64,000 nt of DNA from an uncultured Acidobacteriota bacterium (GCA_963804995.1 CAWDSK010000004.1:1-64000), one strand, 5' to 3'. Counted from the stretch's first letter, positions 19,434 through 30,392 are shown. Program-made: numbers and translations. Notes: generated by a model not told the origin, from the letters alone.

Positions 19434-21500
19434 ATGAAGCTATTCACTTCCGCCAAGCTTTGTGCCGCAGCTTGCTCCTTGTTCTTTTTTTCCGCTGCCT
19501 TCGCTCAATCCACTTCGATCTACGTGGATCCCCAGCAGCACTTCACCCTCCAGGTTCAGTCCGAATGGCTTGCCAGATCCTTTGACAGCGGCAGCGCCTC
19601 GGGAGTCACTATCGCGCACGGTGCGGACGCCTACGCGCAGGTGCTGGTCCAGAAAGGCATTGACCCGGCCACCTTCCTCAAAGCTCTCAATGACAACATG
19701 CAGTCGACGCACCCCGGCTATCACATACAAGACCGTGGGTCACGCACCCTGGCGAATCAACCCAGTTCGTTCATTACTGCCGCCTCGCAGGATGCTTCCG
19801 GCACGCACAAAACCCAGGTCTACCTCGCCACCTTTGCCGCTAACGGCTACACTTACGCCGCCATTGTTTCTTCCAGCGGCGCAGACGCGCAGGACAACCG
19901 CATGACGGAAAACTTCAACCTGGCGCGCGGCATGATCGATTCACTGAGCCTAGGCACGGCATCCGTCCCTACTCCCTCGCCTGCAAGATCCAGGGATCCC
20001 AAACCTAATCCCGCCGCGCAACCTGAACCGGTATCCAATTCCTGGACCACGCATTCTGACCCCGCGGGATTCGCCGTCGATCTCCCCGCCGCGTGGACGG
20101 TCACGAAGGACCCGGCAACCGGGCGCATCGTCCTGCATGGAACCCGCAGGGAACAAGTCGTGATTTGGCCGCTGTTTCTTCAACAAGGTGCACTCAACGC
20201 TCGCAGCGCCGCGACCTTGCTGCAGCAGTTGGCCCGCACGGTCGATGCCCAGATGCCTTGGGGTACGGCCCAGCCCATGCAGAATGTCGAACGCGTCATC
20301 GCCACCAGTGGGCAACGTAGCGGCTCGGCCATGCTGAGTTGGGCCAATGGAGCGGGCGGCACCTCGGTCTATTTGTATTGCGTCGAAGCCCCGACCGACG
20401 TTTACCGCACCTCCACGGAAGCTTTCGTCGGAATCCTGAAGAGTTTTCACATCGTCCAGGATCCGTCGATAAAGAATCTTCCGGGACCTGCAGCCGGTTC
20501 TGGCGGTGGGGCGTTGAGCTTTGTAACCTGGAACGATCCGCAAGAAGGCGCATTTAGCGTGGCTGTTCCACAGGGATGGCAGGTGACGGGAGGAACGTAT
20601 CGTCTAAGCCCCCTGGACGTTCGCTATGCCCTCGCCATGGGCTCCCCAGACGGCCAGGTTCGCGCCACGATCGGAGATTCCAGCATCGGAGTTTTTACGC
20701 AGCCCACGCAGATGCTCGCCATGGGTGGCCTCCGCGAAGGCAGCTACCAGGCTCTTGGCGACGGCAGCAGACTTGAGATCCGCCGCTACATGCCGGGGCC
20801 ACAGTTTGCGCGTTCCTATGTCGAGCGGGTCGTATCGCGCCAGTGCAGCGGTCTCGAAATCAGCTCCAACAATGTTCGCCAGGATCTCGCTTCTACCTTC
20901 CTTCAATCCGCGCGGAATGAGGGCGCGGGCAGAGGGAGTCTCACGGCCGGCGATGTTACTTTCACTTGCAATATGAATGGCAACCCGGTGCAGGGGAAAT
21001 ATACTGCTGCCACCCTCCAGCCCATGCCGGGCAATCCCATGTGGTTTGTCTACCGGCTTTACGGCTACCTCGTGCACCCTGGCCGGGAGCAAGAGGCCGG
21101 GAAAGTCGTTACGCAAGCGCTCCAAAGCTGGAAGTTCAGCCCGCAGTGGGAAGCCCAGCAGAGGAATACCGCGAACGCTGTGGTGCAGCAGGATAATATC
21201 CGCTCCCAGCAGATTCGCGCCCGCGCTCAGGCAGCTATCGCCGAGAATCAGCGGGAGACTTCCGACATCATCACCAAGGGCTGGGAGCAGCGCCAGAAGG
21301 TTTACGACGAGGTTTCGCGCCGGCGGGAAAATGCCATTCTCGGGACGCTGGATGTGGTCGACCCGCAAACGGGAGCTCAGTACAAGGTCAGCAATTATGG
21401 TGATTATCACTACATGAGCAACGACGGCTACATCTACAGCACAAATTCGCCCAACTCGCCCGGCCCCAATTTGCGCGAGATGATCACCCTGCCCTATTGA
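19434..21500 (+). CDS. Secreted hypothetical protein with three repeated PsbP-like modules
   Basis: Signal peptide. Three D-P..F...P..W modules (DPQQHFTLQVQSEW, DPAGFAVDLPAAW, DPQEGAFSVAVPQGW) and a Q/R-rich C-terminal helix. Confidence 0.75.
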   Translation: MKLFTSAKLCAAACSLFFFSAAFAQSTSIYVDPQQHFTLQVQSEWLARSFDSGSASGVTIAHGADAYAQVLVQKGIDPATFLKALNDNMQSTHPGYHIQDRGSRTLANQPSSFITAASQDASGTHKTQVYLATFAANGYTYAAIVSSSGADAQDNRMTENFNLARGMIDSLSLGTASVPTPSPARSRDPKPNPAAQPEPVSNSWTTHSDPAGFAVDLPAAWTVTKDPATGRIVLHGTRREQVVIWPLFLQQGALNARSAATLLQQLARTVDAQMPWGTAQPMQNVERVIATSGQRSGSAMLSWANGAGGTSVYLYCVEAPTDVYRTSTEAFVGILKSFHIVQDPSIKNLPGPAAGSGGGALSFVTWNDPQEGAFSVAVPQGWQVTGGTYRLSPLDVRYALAMGSPDGQVRATIGDSSIGVFTQPTQMLAMGGLREGSYQALGDGSRLEIRRYMPGPQFARSYVERVVSRQCSGLEISSNNVRQDLASTFLQSARNEGAGRGSLTAGDVTFTCNMNGNPVQGKYTAATLQPMPGNPMWFVYRLYGYLVHPGREQEAGKVVTQALQSWKFSPQWEAQQRNTANAVVQQDNIRSQQIRARAQAAIAENQRETSDIITKGWEQRQKVYDEVSRRRENAILGTLDVVDPQTGAQYKVSNYGDYHYMSNDGYIYSTNSPNSPGPNLREMITLPY

Positions 21501-21582
21501 ATCAAGTTGGGGCTCATTGGGAACTGATGGAAGGGTGGCGGTTAAAGCCCCGCCTTTCCAGTTTCATATTGAGAAATTCCGA

Positions 21583-24555
21583 CTAAAAGCTGAAGACCAC
21601 TTGGAAATCAAGGCGACGGTTCATCGCCTGGCCACCACCGCCGGGTCCGCCGCCGAAGACGCCGCCCAGCGAGTTCGACCGGTCAAACAGCGGCGAGCCA
21701 ATCACGCCGCCCGGCGTCCCAAGATTCACGTTGTTCAAGACGTTGCGCGCATAGACGCTGAACGTGAGGTTGTAGCGCTTGGTCGTGGTATTCCCTGGAC
21801 CAAAGAGACCGCCGCCCCGTCCTCCGCCACTGCCTATCCCGCGACCACCCAAGCCGCCTCCGCCGAAACCACCTCCACCGCCGCCCCTTCCACCACCCCC
21901 GCCTCCACCGCCGTATCCACCGCCATCCCCGGTATTGGCACGCCTGCCCATTTCTTTCCCAAAGTTAAAGGTCTTGCTGAGGCGGAGGTTCAGGGTGAAT
22001 TGCCCTGGACCATTAAAGTAGTTGTTGGGGATAAGGGCTTGACCGGCTTGCGGCGCAATATCGAAATTCCCGAGGGATGTTGCTGCGATATTCGAACCGG
22101 AGGCGCCAGCCGGGGCAAAGGCGGGGCGGGCGTTAAAAGCTCCCGTTCCGAACAGATCCTGCCCCACCGTAACGTTAAAGGGCGCCCCGGAGGCCGTAAC
22201 CAGGAAAGGGCTCAGGGCAAAACGATGCGGCAGATTCCAAGTGCCCGCCAGAAAGAACCGGTTGCGCACGTCGAAGGAGGCTCGCCCATAGCTCTCCCGG
22301 ATATTGTACGGGTTCATGGCGAGGCTGGCACTGTTCCCCGTGGTGTCGGAGTCAGCGTAGTTGAGCGTGTAGTAGCCAAACAGCGAAAGCCTGGTATTCA
22401 AGCGCAGGTTGAAGTTGGTAATCAATTGGTTCTGGCTAAAGAGGCCGACGGAATCAAACTGGTAGAGATTTCCCACGCTATTACCCAAGGGCCGTAGACC
22501 GACAACAGGGTCCCCGAGGGGAAACGTTCCGGGGAGCGGCGCGTTGATGTCGTCGAGCAGAAATTGATGAACCCCATGAGAGCGGAGATAGGTGATCGAC
22601 ACGGTCGCACTCTTGGAAACTTGTTGCTCAAGGCTTACTGCCGATTGCAACGTATAAGGAGCCCGCAAATTGGGAGCGATCTGGTAGTTAGTGGGCACAG
22701 AACTGGAGAGGCCAGCCAGGGTTGTGGTGGAGGGAATATCCGGGAAAAAATTGGGCGATGGAATGATGAACGTTTGTTGGTTGACGCCATTCAACCTTTC
22801 CGCTTGCAGCACCAAGCTCTCTGGAAAACGGTCGTAGAACAAACCAAGGCCAGCTCGCAAGACGGTCGTCGCCGGCCCCTTCTGGGCCCGATGCAGTCCC
22901 CAGGCATAACCCACACGCGGGGCAAAATCCGAATGGTCATGGATATCATTTTGCGTCTCCCACCGCAGGCCCAGGCTCAGGGTCATGTTGCGGTGGAATT
23001 GCCAGTCATCTTGCGCGAAAAGCCCCACGTCCAGCAGGTTGGCGGTTGCGAGCGGGCGCCCGGTAACAATCATGAACTGACTGGCCCCACTCACCTCACA
23101 AGCAGATCCGCCTCCCGCTGTGCAGGCTTGGAGGGCTAGCTCCGCAGTCTGGTAGGAGTTGAGCGAGGGAAAGGTGAACGTGCCGTTAAAGTTGGCGTTG
23201 GAGGTGTTTGAATTCTGCACATCCCGCAAGCGGCCTCCCACCACCAAAGTATGCTTGCCGAAAAAGAAGGAAGTCAGGTTTTGAATCTCGTAGTGGTCCT
23301 GGGTATCGGAGGAGGTCCCGCTGGGGCTGCCGCCCCCCGTAAACGACCCCAAAACGGAAATAGTGGGCAGAAGGCTTTGGGGCGTCTGATTGGAGTCGTC
23401 GTGAAGATATTGGAAGCGAAACCGGTTCAGCGTCTTGGCGCTGAAGACCTGCGTGTCGCTCACTTGTAGGGTATGTTCAAGGCTGTGGCTGTTGTAGCCC
23501 AGCGTGGGGAGGCCGAGTTGCCCGATCCCGTTATTGGTCGCATTGCTGTCAAAGAACTGGTAGCGCACCGTCAGGACGTTGTTGGCGGCTAACTGGTAAT
23601 CAAACCGGGGACTGAGATTGGTGAGGGTGCGGGGAGCTGCCACCGCCTGACTGAAAGGAGTTTGGGTGAGCGTGGGGCTGAGAATAAAGGCGGAGACCAC
23701 CGAGTTGTCTTGAATTTGGCGGCGGAAGATCGTAAAGAAAAACGAGGCTTTCTTGCCGAGCGGCCCCCCAATGCTCCCGTTAATAAACTCCGAATGATAG
23801 CCCGGTTCACTGGCCACGAGGGGGTTTCGCGAATTGAACAATGAGTCATTCAGATTGCCGAGGATCTGGCCGTGAAACTGGCTCGCGCCTGGCCGGGTGG
23901 TGATCTCAATCCGTCCATAGCCCAACTTGTCATATTCCGCGGAGAACGGATTCTGGTTGATCCTGATTTCAAGAATATCCGCTTTGGGGGGAAGCTGCCC
24001 GGCCGTAAAGCCATCCACATAGATCTGGCCCCCATTGGGCCCTGCTGACGGCCCGGCCAGCGCTTCGAGTTCCGACTGCAATTCATCGGGGTCATCCGAA
24101 AGCGCCTGGAGGTCCTCCCCTTTAATCACCAGTGAGCTGGCATTCTCCTCCGGGGCAACGCCAACCTTGGTCACTGTGTCGGAGACGGTGACTTGTTCCC
24201 TCTCCTCGGCGATTTGGAGCTTGATATCGAGCTTCTGACCTTGGCCGGGGGTAATGACCACGCTCTGCTGTTCAAAAACCGCGAACCCCTTGGCCTGGGC
24301 TCGCACCGTGTATTTTCCTGGGGCGAGTCCCTGAACCTCATAGGTTCCGTCGTTCTTCGCCACCCCAGATTTGGTTTGTCCGGTAGAAGAGACGACCACT
24401 ATGCTGGCGCCTGGCACTCCGGCGCCGGAGGGATCTGAAACTTGGCCACGCAGCGTCCCGGAAGGGGTCTGGGCCGGCAACCGGCTCGGGGAGAACAACA
24501 GCGCCGACAGCACCCCGAGAGCTACCACTAGCCATCCAATTCTCCCCACTTGCAT
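21583..24555 (-). CDS. TonB-dependent receptor-like outer-membrane protein (carboxypeptidase-regulatory-like domain, Oar type)
   Basis: Signal peptide, LRGQVSDPSGAGVPGA, NPFSAEYDKLGYGRIEI, terminal Phe (VVFSF) and a Gly-rich loop. Confidence 0.9.
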   Translation of the reverse strand: MQVGRIGWLVVALGVLSALLFSPSRLPAQTPSGTLRGQVSDPSGAGVPGASIVVVSSTGQTKSGVAKNDGTYEVQGLAPGKYTVRAQAKGFAVFEQQSVVITPGQGQKLDIKLQIAEEREQVTVSDTVTKVGVAPEENASSLVIKGEDLQALSDDPDELQSELEALAGPSAGPNGGQIYVDGFTAGQLPPKADILEIRINQNPFSAEYDKLGYGRIEITTRPGASQFHGQILGNLNDSLFNSRNPLVASEPGYHSEFINGSIGGPLGKKASFFFTIFRRQIQDNSVVSAFILSPTLTQTPFSQAVAAPRTLTNLSPRFDYQLAANNVLTVRYQFFDSNATNNGIGQLGLPTLGYNSHSLEHTLQVSDTQVFSAKTLNRFRFQYLHDDSNQTPQSLLPTISVLGSFTGGGSPSGTSSDTQDHYEIQNLTSFFFGKHTLVVGGRLRDVQNSNTSNANFNGTFTFPSLNSYQTAELALQACTAGGGSACEVSGASQFMIVTGRPLATANLLDVGLFAQDDWQFHRNMTLSLGLRWETQNDIHDHSDFAPRVGYAWGLHRAQKGPATTVLRAGLGLFYDRFPESLVLQAERLNGVNQQTFIIPSPNFFPDIPSTTTLAGLSSSVPTNYQIAPNLRAPYTLQSAVSLEQQVSKSATVSITYLRSHGVHQFLLDDINAPLPGTFPLGDPVVGLRPLGNSVGNLYQFDSVGLFSQNQLITNFNLRLNTRLSLFGYYTLNYADSDTTGNSASLAMNPYNIRESYGRASFDVRNRFFLAGTWNLPHRFALSPFLVTASGAPFNVTVGQDLFGTGAFNARPAFAPAGASGSNIAATSLGNFDIAPQAGQALIPNNYFNGPGQFTLNLRLSKTFNFGKEMGRRANTGDGGGYGGGGGGGGRGGGGGGFGGGGLGGRGIGSGGGRGGGLFGPGNTTTKRYNLTFSVYARNVLNNVNLGTPGGVIGSPLFDRSNSLGGVFGGGPGGGGQAMNRRLDFQVVFSF

Positions 24556-24595
24556 CCCCACCCCTTCCAAGATGCTCGTTCTGTCCACCGTAGGT

Positions 24596-24626
24596 TCAGA
24601 CGAAGCTGTCCTCTTTAGGGTTTCAG
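24596..24626 (-). promoter_or_regulatory. Candidate ECF-type promoter of the receptor gene
   Basis: Minus strand GAAAC-N17-CGTCTGA, about 40 nt upstream of the ATG. Confidence 0.4.
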
Positions 24627-24734
24627 CCCTTTGACAATATGCTTTCGCCCGGATTCCTCGTGATGGGTTAATTGCGTGCCCAAGGCGTCGGAAAAATCCA
24701 AAGCCTAAGAATTCAAAATGCAGATCACCCGCCC

Positions 24735-26840
24735 TTACGCCAGTTGCCACGAGCTCAGATCTCCGAGCGTGTATAGCCTGCCCGGCGGACCGAGCCTGTT
24801 ATAAACTTCTTCTGCCCATCCGTAAGTCACCGGAACATCGCCGAGGAAAACCAGCTCCAGGGGGTAGAGCAATCCCGCCACCTGAGGTAGATCCGTGATG
24901 CGTAGGCAGTTGAGCATCTCGATTGCCGGCCCGCGGCCATCCGGATCGCTGCCCGCATTTTGGGTGGTGGGCGGTCTATCCAGGATGAGGGAGCTCACGT
25001 GGCCGTCCAGGAGCGCCGCATACAGGGCGACGGCAGCCATCTCACCGCTGGCGGCTAACGCCACCCTTTTTCCATCCACATAGGGGAGCTGCCGCACCGC
25101 TTCGAGCCCCCGCAGCGCGTCGAAGACTCGCATGCTGGCCAAGGTTCTGCCTGTCCAGGCGCTTCCCCGGCGCAGGTGCTGACCCAGCCCGTCACCCCAG
25201 GCCGTGTCACCTGTGCCCCGCGTTTCCACAACCAGCTTCGCGCAGGGTGTCCTGATTTGGCCCAAGAAGAATTGGTCGGACGCGTCGCTTTCCAAAGAGT
25301 TGGCTCCGGTGTTGCGCAGCGCCAGCACGGCAGGTGCGGGCGTGGGGGTTGAGGGGGCAAGATTCAAGAGGAAGCCATGTAAGCGCCAGCCTTCCTCGGA
25401 TGTAAAGGCGAACCGGTACCCATTCCCGTCTTCATAAAACCGGTACTCATACTCCACCTGCACGTCGAGCGGCGGTGGTGACTTGGGAAACGCCCCAAAG
25501 GTTTTCTCCCGCAATTGGGCAATCACCTGCTGGCGCGCTTCGGCCACGTCCGTAGAGGTGGTGGTTCGAGGCAACTTGGGAGGCACGAAAATATCGTCCT
25601 GAATAGTTGGCGTGCGGTCGTCCGGGGGCGGGCCGTCCACAAAAACCCGCAGCGTCGCCTCCGATTCCTGGTGTTCCGGCGACTCATCAATGTCTCCGAT
25701 TTGCTCGGGGGGAACATCCTTCCCTTGCAAGTGTTTCACGAACCACGAAAAGACGTGGGTCCTGGAAATCGAGTCATAGCCGTGCTGGCCGGGCGGCTCA
25801 ACGTAAGTCAATTTCTCCTCTGCCCCCAGCATCGTATAGAGACGCTTAAGCTGGTTGTAAACAACTCGCGCGGAAGTAACCGGGAAGTATTGATCGAGGC
25901 GGGAAGAACTAATCAGCAGCGGGCGCGGGGCGATCAATGCACCCACGTCCGCCAAATCCCAGCGATAGGTATTGATCCACCACATGCAATCGCAGTTCCG
26001 GTCGACGGCCCGGTCATAAAGCTGCGCCCCCAGCGTGGCCGTTCCACACACCGTTCCCGCCACCTTCACGCGCTCATCCGCCGCGGAGATCCACCAACTG
26101 TAAGCTCCGCCCCCCGACATGCCCGTTACCCCCAGGTTGTGCGAGTCTACTTCGGGACGCGCCACAAGCAAATCAAGCCCGCGAATGCCGTTCAGCATTT
26201 CAATGCCTCCCGGGGTATAGCCTCAACTGTACCAATCAAACCAGCCTTGCCGAATCGGTCCGTGATGGTGGCCTTCCACCTCCCCTCGTTGCAAAGTCTC
26301 GATGAGCAGGCAAACGAAACCCAACTCCGCAAAGCGACGCGCATGAGTTTGGTAGGTTACTTTCTGCTTCACCTCATGGCCGCACACGTAAAGAACGGCC
26401 GGCGCCTGGCCCATGCGGCCCTTCGGTACGTACAGGTTGGCGTCAACGTACAATTTGGGGAGACTCTCGTAATACAACTTCTCAATGCGGTAGCGCGGGC
26501 GGTCGAGGACGCCGGTGACCTTGACGTTCAAAGGTGTGCGCTGGGCGTAGGCGGGGAAATCCTGGAAGCCCATCATCTCCAGATACTGCCGGCGGCGTTC
26601 CGGAATGAGCCGGTGAAAAGCGGCCGGATCAGTGAAATCCGCCAGCGCGGAGTCTGTGATCTTCTGCGCTTCACGGCACAAATGTTCGCGAATGCTCTGG
26701 CTATATTGCCGGGATTCGGCCGGTGCGGGCGGTGGACTGGTTGGGAGGGCGTGAGCGAGGACTGGCTCTGGGCTTGCTCCCTTTAGTAACCCCGCCCCTA
26801 TGCCCGCGATACTGCCTTTCAAAAGATCGCGTCTTTGCAT
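24735..26840 (-). pseudogene. Tat-exported alpha/beta hydrolase (acetyl xylan esterase-like) with in-frame TGA at 26223-26225
   Basis: QRRDLL signal, IEKLYYES, VLYVCGH and GMSGGG nucleophile motif. The two ORFs share a frame: WYS*GYTPGGIEMLNGIR. Confidence 0.8.
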
Positions 26841-26945
26841 GAGTGCTCCTCAAGAAATGTGCAATTGATGATGAGCGAAATCTTACCATCTAAGCATCCG
26901 GGTCTCACTCGGAAAATCGGCGAGTGGTGTGACGTGGCAGCAAAC

Positions 26946-27289
26946 GTAGCGCAGACCTCCGCCGTTGAGGTCTGCGGTTCTTCGTGTGCCATTTGTACAA
27001 ACGTATCGTGGCAAGGACACCGTGCGGCTTGGCGTTTGTGGGTTTTGACTACGAAGAACCGCGGACCCTCTATAATCAAAAAAACGGGGGACCGCGCTAC
27101 ACTTGATGCTAACGATGCCGAGGGAGCAAACGTCGTGGTGCAGACCTCCGCCATTGAGGTCTACGGTTTTTCGTGTGCCATTTGTACAAACGTATCGTGG
27201 CAAGGACGCCGTACGGCTTGGCGTTTGTGGGTTTTGACTACGAAGAACCGCGGACCCTCTATAATCAAAAAAACGGGGGACCGCGCTAC
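26946..27289. repeat. Two near-identical 155-bp REPIN/MITE-like units (26946-27100, 27135-27289)
   Basis: Direct repeat with a 189-bp period. Copy 1 is bounded by the imperfect IR GTAGCGCAGACC / GGACCGCGCTAC; copy 2 starts with the variant GTGGTGCAGACC. Confidence 0.9.
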
Positions 27290-27686
27290 GAAACAGGTCA
27301 ACGCTGTGCTTCCTCTGCAGGGATATCGTATTCCCCAGGATGAATCTTCCAGCTCCGGGACAGATAAAAACCCGTACCATTTGACCCTGATTCCATTACA
27401 ATATGGCCGGGTCAGGGAACCATCCTGGAGTGAACCAAGCGCAGACCCCGAGTTTAGCGCGCACCTTGTCTGATCTCGCAAGTGCTCAGAACTCATCCCA
27501 GGGAGGCTATAAGAGCTTGTTCTCACTTGGCCCCACTACGACTTGATCCAAATCCCGGCCAAAGATGGGCCGCATACCTCGTGCAGTCATCATCACGTCC
27601 AAGTCGCCCACTGCTTTCCCCTTCAGATGTAATCGTGTGCCCGGATGGCAGGGGACGCGTCATAGCAAGAACTTTAGGAGGCAATT

Positions 27687-29000
27687 ATGGGTAGGCAAAC
27701 GCGCCGGACGTTTGTAAAGAAGTTGGGAGCAGCCTCGGCGCTGGCCGCGGGAGGATTCTTGAATTGGAACCCGCGCGCTATCGGCGCCAATGAGAAGGTT
27801 GTGCTGGGCTTGATTGGTGGCCAGAATCAAGGTCGAGGTGATGCCTTGCGGGCGATCCACGTCGGCGCGGAAATCAAAACCTTCTGCGACATTGACCAGG
27901 CAATTCTCAACAAGGTCAATCCCGATTTTGAAAAAGCCCAGGGTAAGGCCCCGGGAACGACAAAAGAGTTCCAGCGATTGCTCGATGACAAAGACATCGA
28001 TGGCGTCATCATCGCCGTCCCGGATCATTGGCACGCCCGCATCGGGATTCTGGCCTGCCAGGCGGGGAAGGACATCTACATCGAGAAGCCGCTGACGCAA
28101 TGCATCCACGATGGACAAATGGTTCGCGATGCCGTCCGCAAGTACAAGCGCGTGGCCCAGGTGGGTACTCAAAATCGCAGCGCTGCGCACTTCCAGGAGG
28201 CGATCGCGTACCTCAAGACCGGCAAGCTTGGAAAAGTTTGCGAAATCAACACGTGGGAGTGTCAGGTGCGCCCCACCATTGGCAACCCGCCGGACTCGGA
28301 GCCCCCGTCCACTGTCGACTACGATGTTTGGCTGGGGCCCGCCCCCAAGCGGCCGTTCAACCCCAACCGCTTCCACTACAAGTGGCGGTTCTTCTGGGAT
28401 TACGGAAACACGGAGCTGGGCAACCAAGGCGTCCACATGCTTGACGTGGCCCTGTGGGGGATTCAGACGATGCGTGGAGGATTGGACAATTCCCTTCCCA
28501 CCCATGTCGCCGGCCATGCCGGAATTTACTGGCTCAACGATGCCAAAGAAATTCCCGACACCCAGGTCATGACCTACGATTACGGCGACTTCATGCTGAC
28601 CTGGGAACTGCGCAGCTTTGCCATGCAACATCCGCTTAATGACAGCCACGAAGGGGTCATGTTTGTGGGCGCGGACGGCACTCTGGCGCTTACCCACCGC
28701 GGTTGGGACGTTTACTTCAAGGATGGAAGCAAGGGGCCGAGCCAGCCAGCGAATGACGAACGGGAGAATGGTTTGCACGAGAAGAATTTCATCGAATGCG
28801 TTAAGAGCCGCCAGGATCCCCATGCGACTATTGAAATCGGCAGGCTTTCCACAACAGTCTGCCACTTGGGAAACATCGCGACTCGCCTGAAGCGGAATAT
28901 CGTCTTCGATCCCAAGACTGAAACTTTTGGACATGATAAGGAAGCAAACTCTTACCTATCGAAGGAACATCGCAAGCCCTACGCGCTTCCCAAGGTCTGA
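27687..29000 (+). CDS. Gfo/Idh/MocA family oxidoreductase with Tat signal
   Basis: TRRTFVK, IAVPDHWH, YIEKP, QVGTQNRS and NQGVHMLD. Confidence 0.93.
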   Translation: MGRQTRRTFVKKLGAASALAAGGFLNWNPRAIGANEKVVLGLIGGQNQGRGDALRAIHVGAEIKTFCDIDQAILNKVNPDFEKAQGKAPGTTKEFQRLLDDKDIDGVIIAVPDHWHARIGILACQAGKDIYIEKPLTQCIHDGQMVRDAVRKYKRVAQVGTQNRSAAHFQEAIAYLKTGKLGKVCEINTWECQVRPTIGNPPDSEPPSTVDYDVWLGPAPKRPFNPNRFHYKWRFFWDYGNTELGNQGVHMLDVALWGIQTMRGGLDNSLPTHVAGHAGIYWLNDAKEIPDTQVMTYDYGDFMLTWELRSFAMQHPLNDSHEGVMFVGADGTLALTHRGWDVYFKDGSKGPSQPANDERENGLHEKNFIECVKSRQDPHATIEIGRLSTTVCHLGNIATRLKRNIVFDPKTETFGHDKEANSYLSKEHRKPYALPKV

Positions 29001-29066
29001 AGAGCAGGGGTTAGGGCCTAGAGGGAGCGGCGGTCATCATCTTAGCAATACTAAAGGAGCTTCTAT

Positions 29067-30392
29067 ATGGCAGAGGAAACGAAGAAATCATCAGTGAAGG
29101 GCTCAGGAGCGGCTTCGGCACTGACCGCGGGCGCGATGCTGAATTTGAACCCGCGCGCCATGGGGGCAAACGAGAAGGTCGTGCTCGGGCTCATTGGCGG
29201 CCACAATCAAGGCTGGAAGGACACCCTGAACGCCATAAAGATGGGAGCCGAGATCAAAACCTTCTGCGATATCGATCAGGCGGTTCTCGACGAGGTCAAT
29301 CCGAAGTTTGAAAAAGCCCAGGGCAAGGCCCCCGGCACTACCAAGGAGTTCCAGCGCGTGCTGGACGACAAGGACATTGACGGGGTCATTATCGCCGTGC
29401 CCGACCACTGGCACACTCGCATCGGACTTATGGCCTTGCAAGCGGGAAAAGACATGTATATCGAGAAGCCCCTCACCCGGACCATTCAGGAAGGGCACGT
29501 GCTTCGCGATGCCGCACAGAAGTATAACAAGCAGATCATCCAGGTCGGCACGCAGAACCGGAGCGCGCTGAAATTCCTGCATGGCATGGAATACCTCAAG
29601 ACGGGGAAGCTGGGAAAGGTCTGCGAGATTACCGCCTGGGATTGCCAAGTGCGTGAAAGCATCGGCAACCCTCCGGACGGCAATCCACCCTCGACCGTGG
29701 ACTATGACGTTTGGCTGGGCCCGGCGCCTAAGCGGCCCTTTAACGAAAATCGCTTCCACTACAAATGGCGGTTCTTCTGGGATTACGGAAACAGCGAGTT
29801 GGGCAACCTGGGTGTCCACCTGCTCGACGTGGTCCTGTGGGGCATTCAGACCCTGCGCGGGAGCGGCGTGGAGAATCTTCTTCCCACGCGCGTCTCCGGC
29901 AATTCCAAGATTTATTGGTTGAAGGACGCGAAAGAGGTTCCCGACACACAGGTCCTTACCTTCGATTACGGCGACCTGCTGCTGACCTGGCAGTTGCGCA
30001 GCTATGCCAAGCACCATCCCATTAATGGCGCGCCTGAGGGTATCTGCTTTGTGGGCAGCGACGCGACACTGGCGTTCAGTTACCAGGATTGGAGAGTCTA
30101 TCCCAAGGGCCGGAACGCGGAGCCCGGCCCCGGTGAAGTCCTCGGCGACGAGCGGGAGGACGGTGCTCACGAAAAGAATTTTATTGAGTGCATCAAGAGC
30201 CGCCAGCAGCCTAATTCGTATTTGGAACTCGGCCGGCTGGCCACCACGGTCTGCCACATCGGGAACATCTGCACGCACTTGGGCCGGGACGTTGTATTCG
30301 ATCCTAAGACTGAAACTTTTGGAAATGATAAGGCCGCGAACGCGTACCTCAGTTACGAATACCGCAAGCCTTATGTGATGCCAAAGGTCTGA
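29067..30392 (+). CDS. Gfo/Idh/MocA family oxidoreductase, tandem paralog lacking RR
   Basis: Same motifs, colinear with the upstream copy. N-terminus reads TKKSSVK. Confidence 0.93.
   Translation: MAEETKKSSVKGSGAASALTAGAMLNLNPRAMGANEKVVLGLIGGHNQGWKDTLNAIKMGAEIKTFCDIDQAVLDEVNPKFEKAQGKAPGTTKEFQRVLDDKDIDGVIIAVPDHWHTRIGLMALQAGKDMYIEKPLTRTIQEGHVLRDAAQKYNKQIIQVGTQNRSALKFLHGMEYLKTGKLGKVCEITAWDCQVRESIGNPPDGNPPSTVDYDVWLGPAPKRPFNENRFHYKWRFFWDYGNSELGNLGVHLLDVVLWGIQTLRGSGVENLLPTRVSGNSKIYWLKDAKEVPDTQVLTFDYGDLLLTWQLRSYAKHHPINGAPEGICFVGSDATLAFSYQDWRVYPKGRNAEPGPGEVLGDEREDGAHEKNFIECIKSRQQPNSYLELGRLATTVCHIGNICTHLGRDVVFDPKTETFGNDKAANAYLSYEYRKPYVMPKV

Noticed and set aside
21529..21559. Bidirectional terminator between convergent genes
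   Set aside because: The stem is imperfect and lacks clear U-tracts.
26835..27526. ORFs with internal peptide repeats
   Set aside because: Translations of the duplicated 155-bp non-coding unit.
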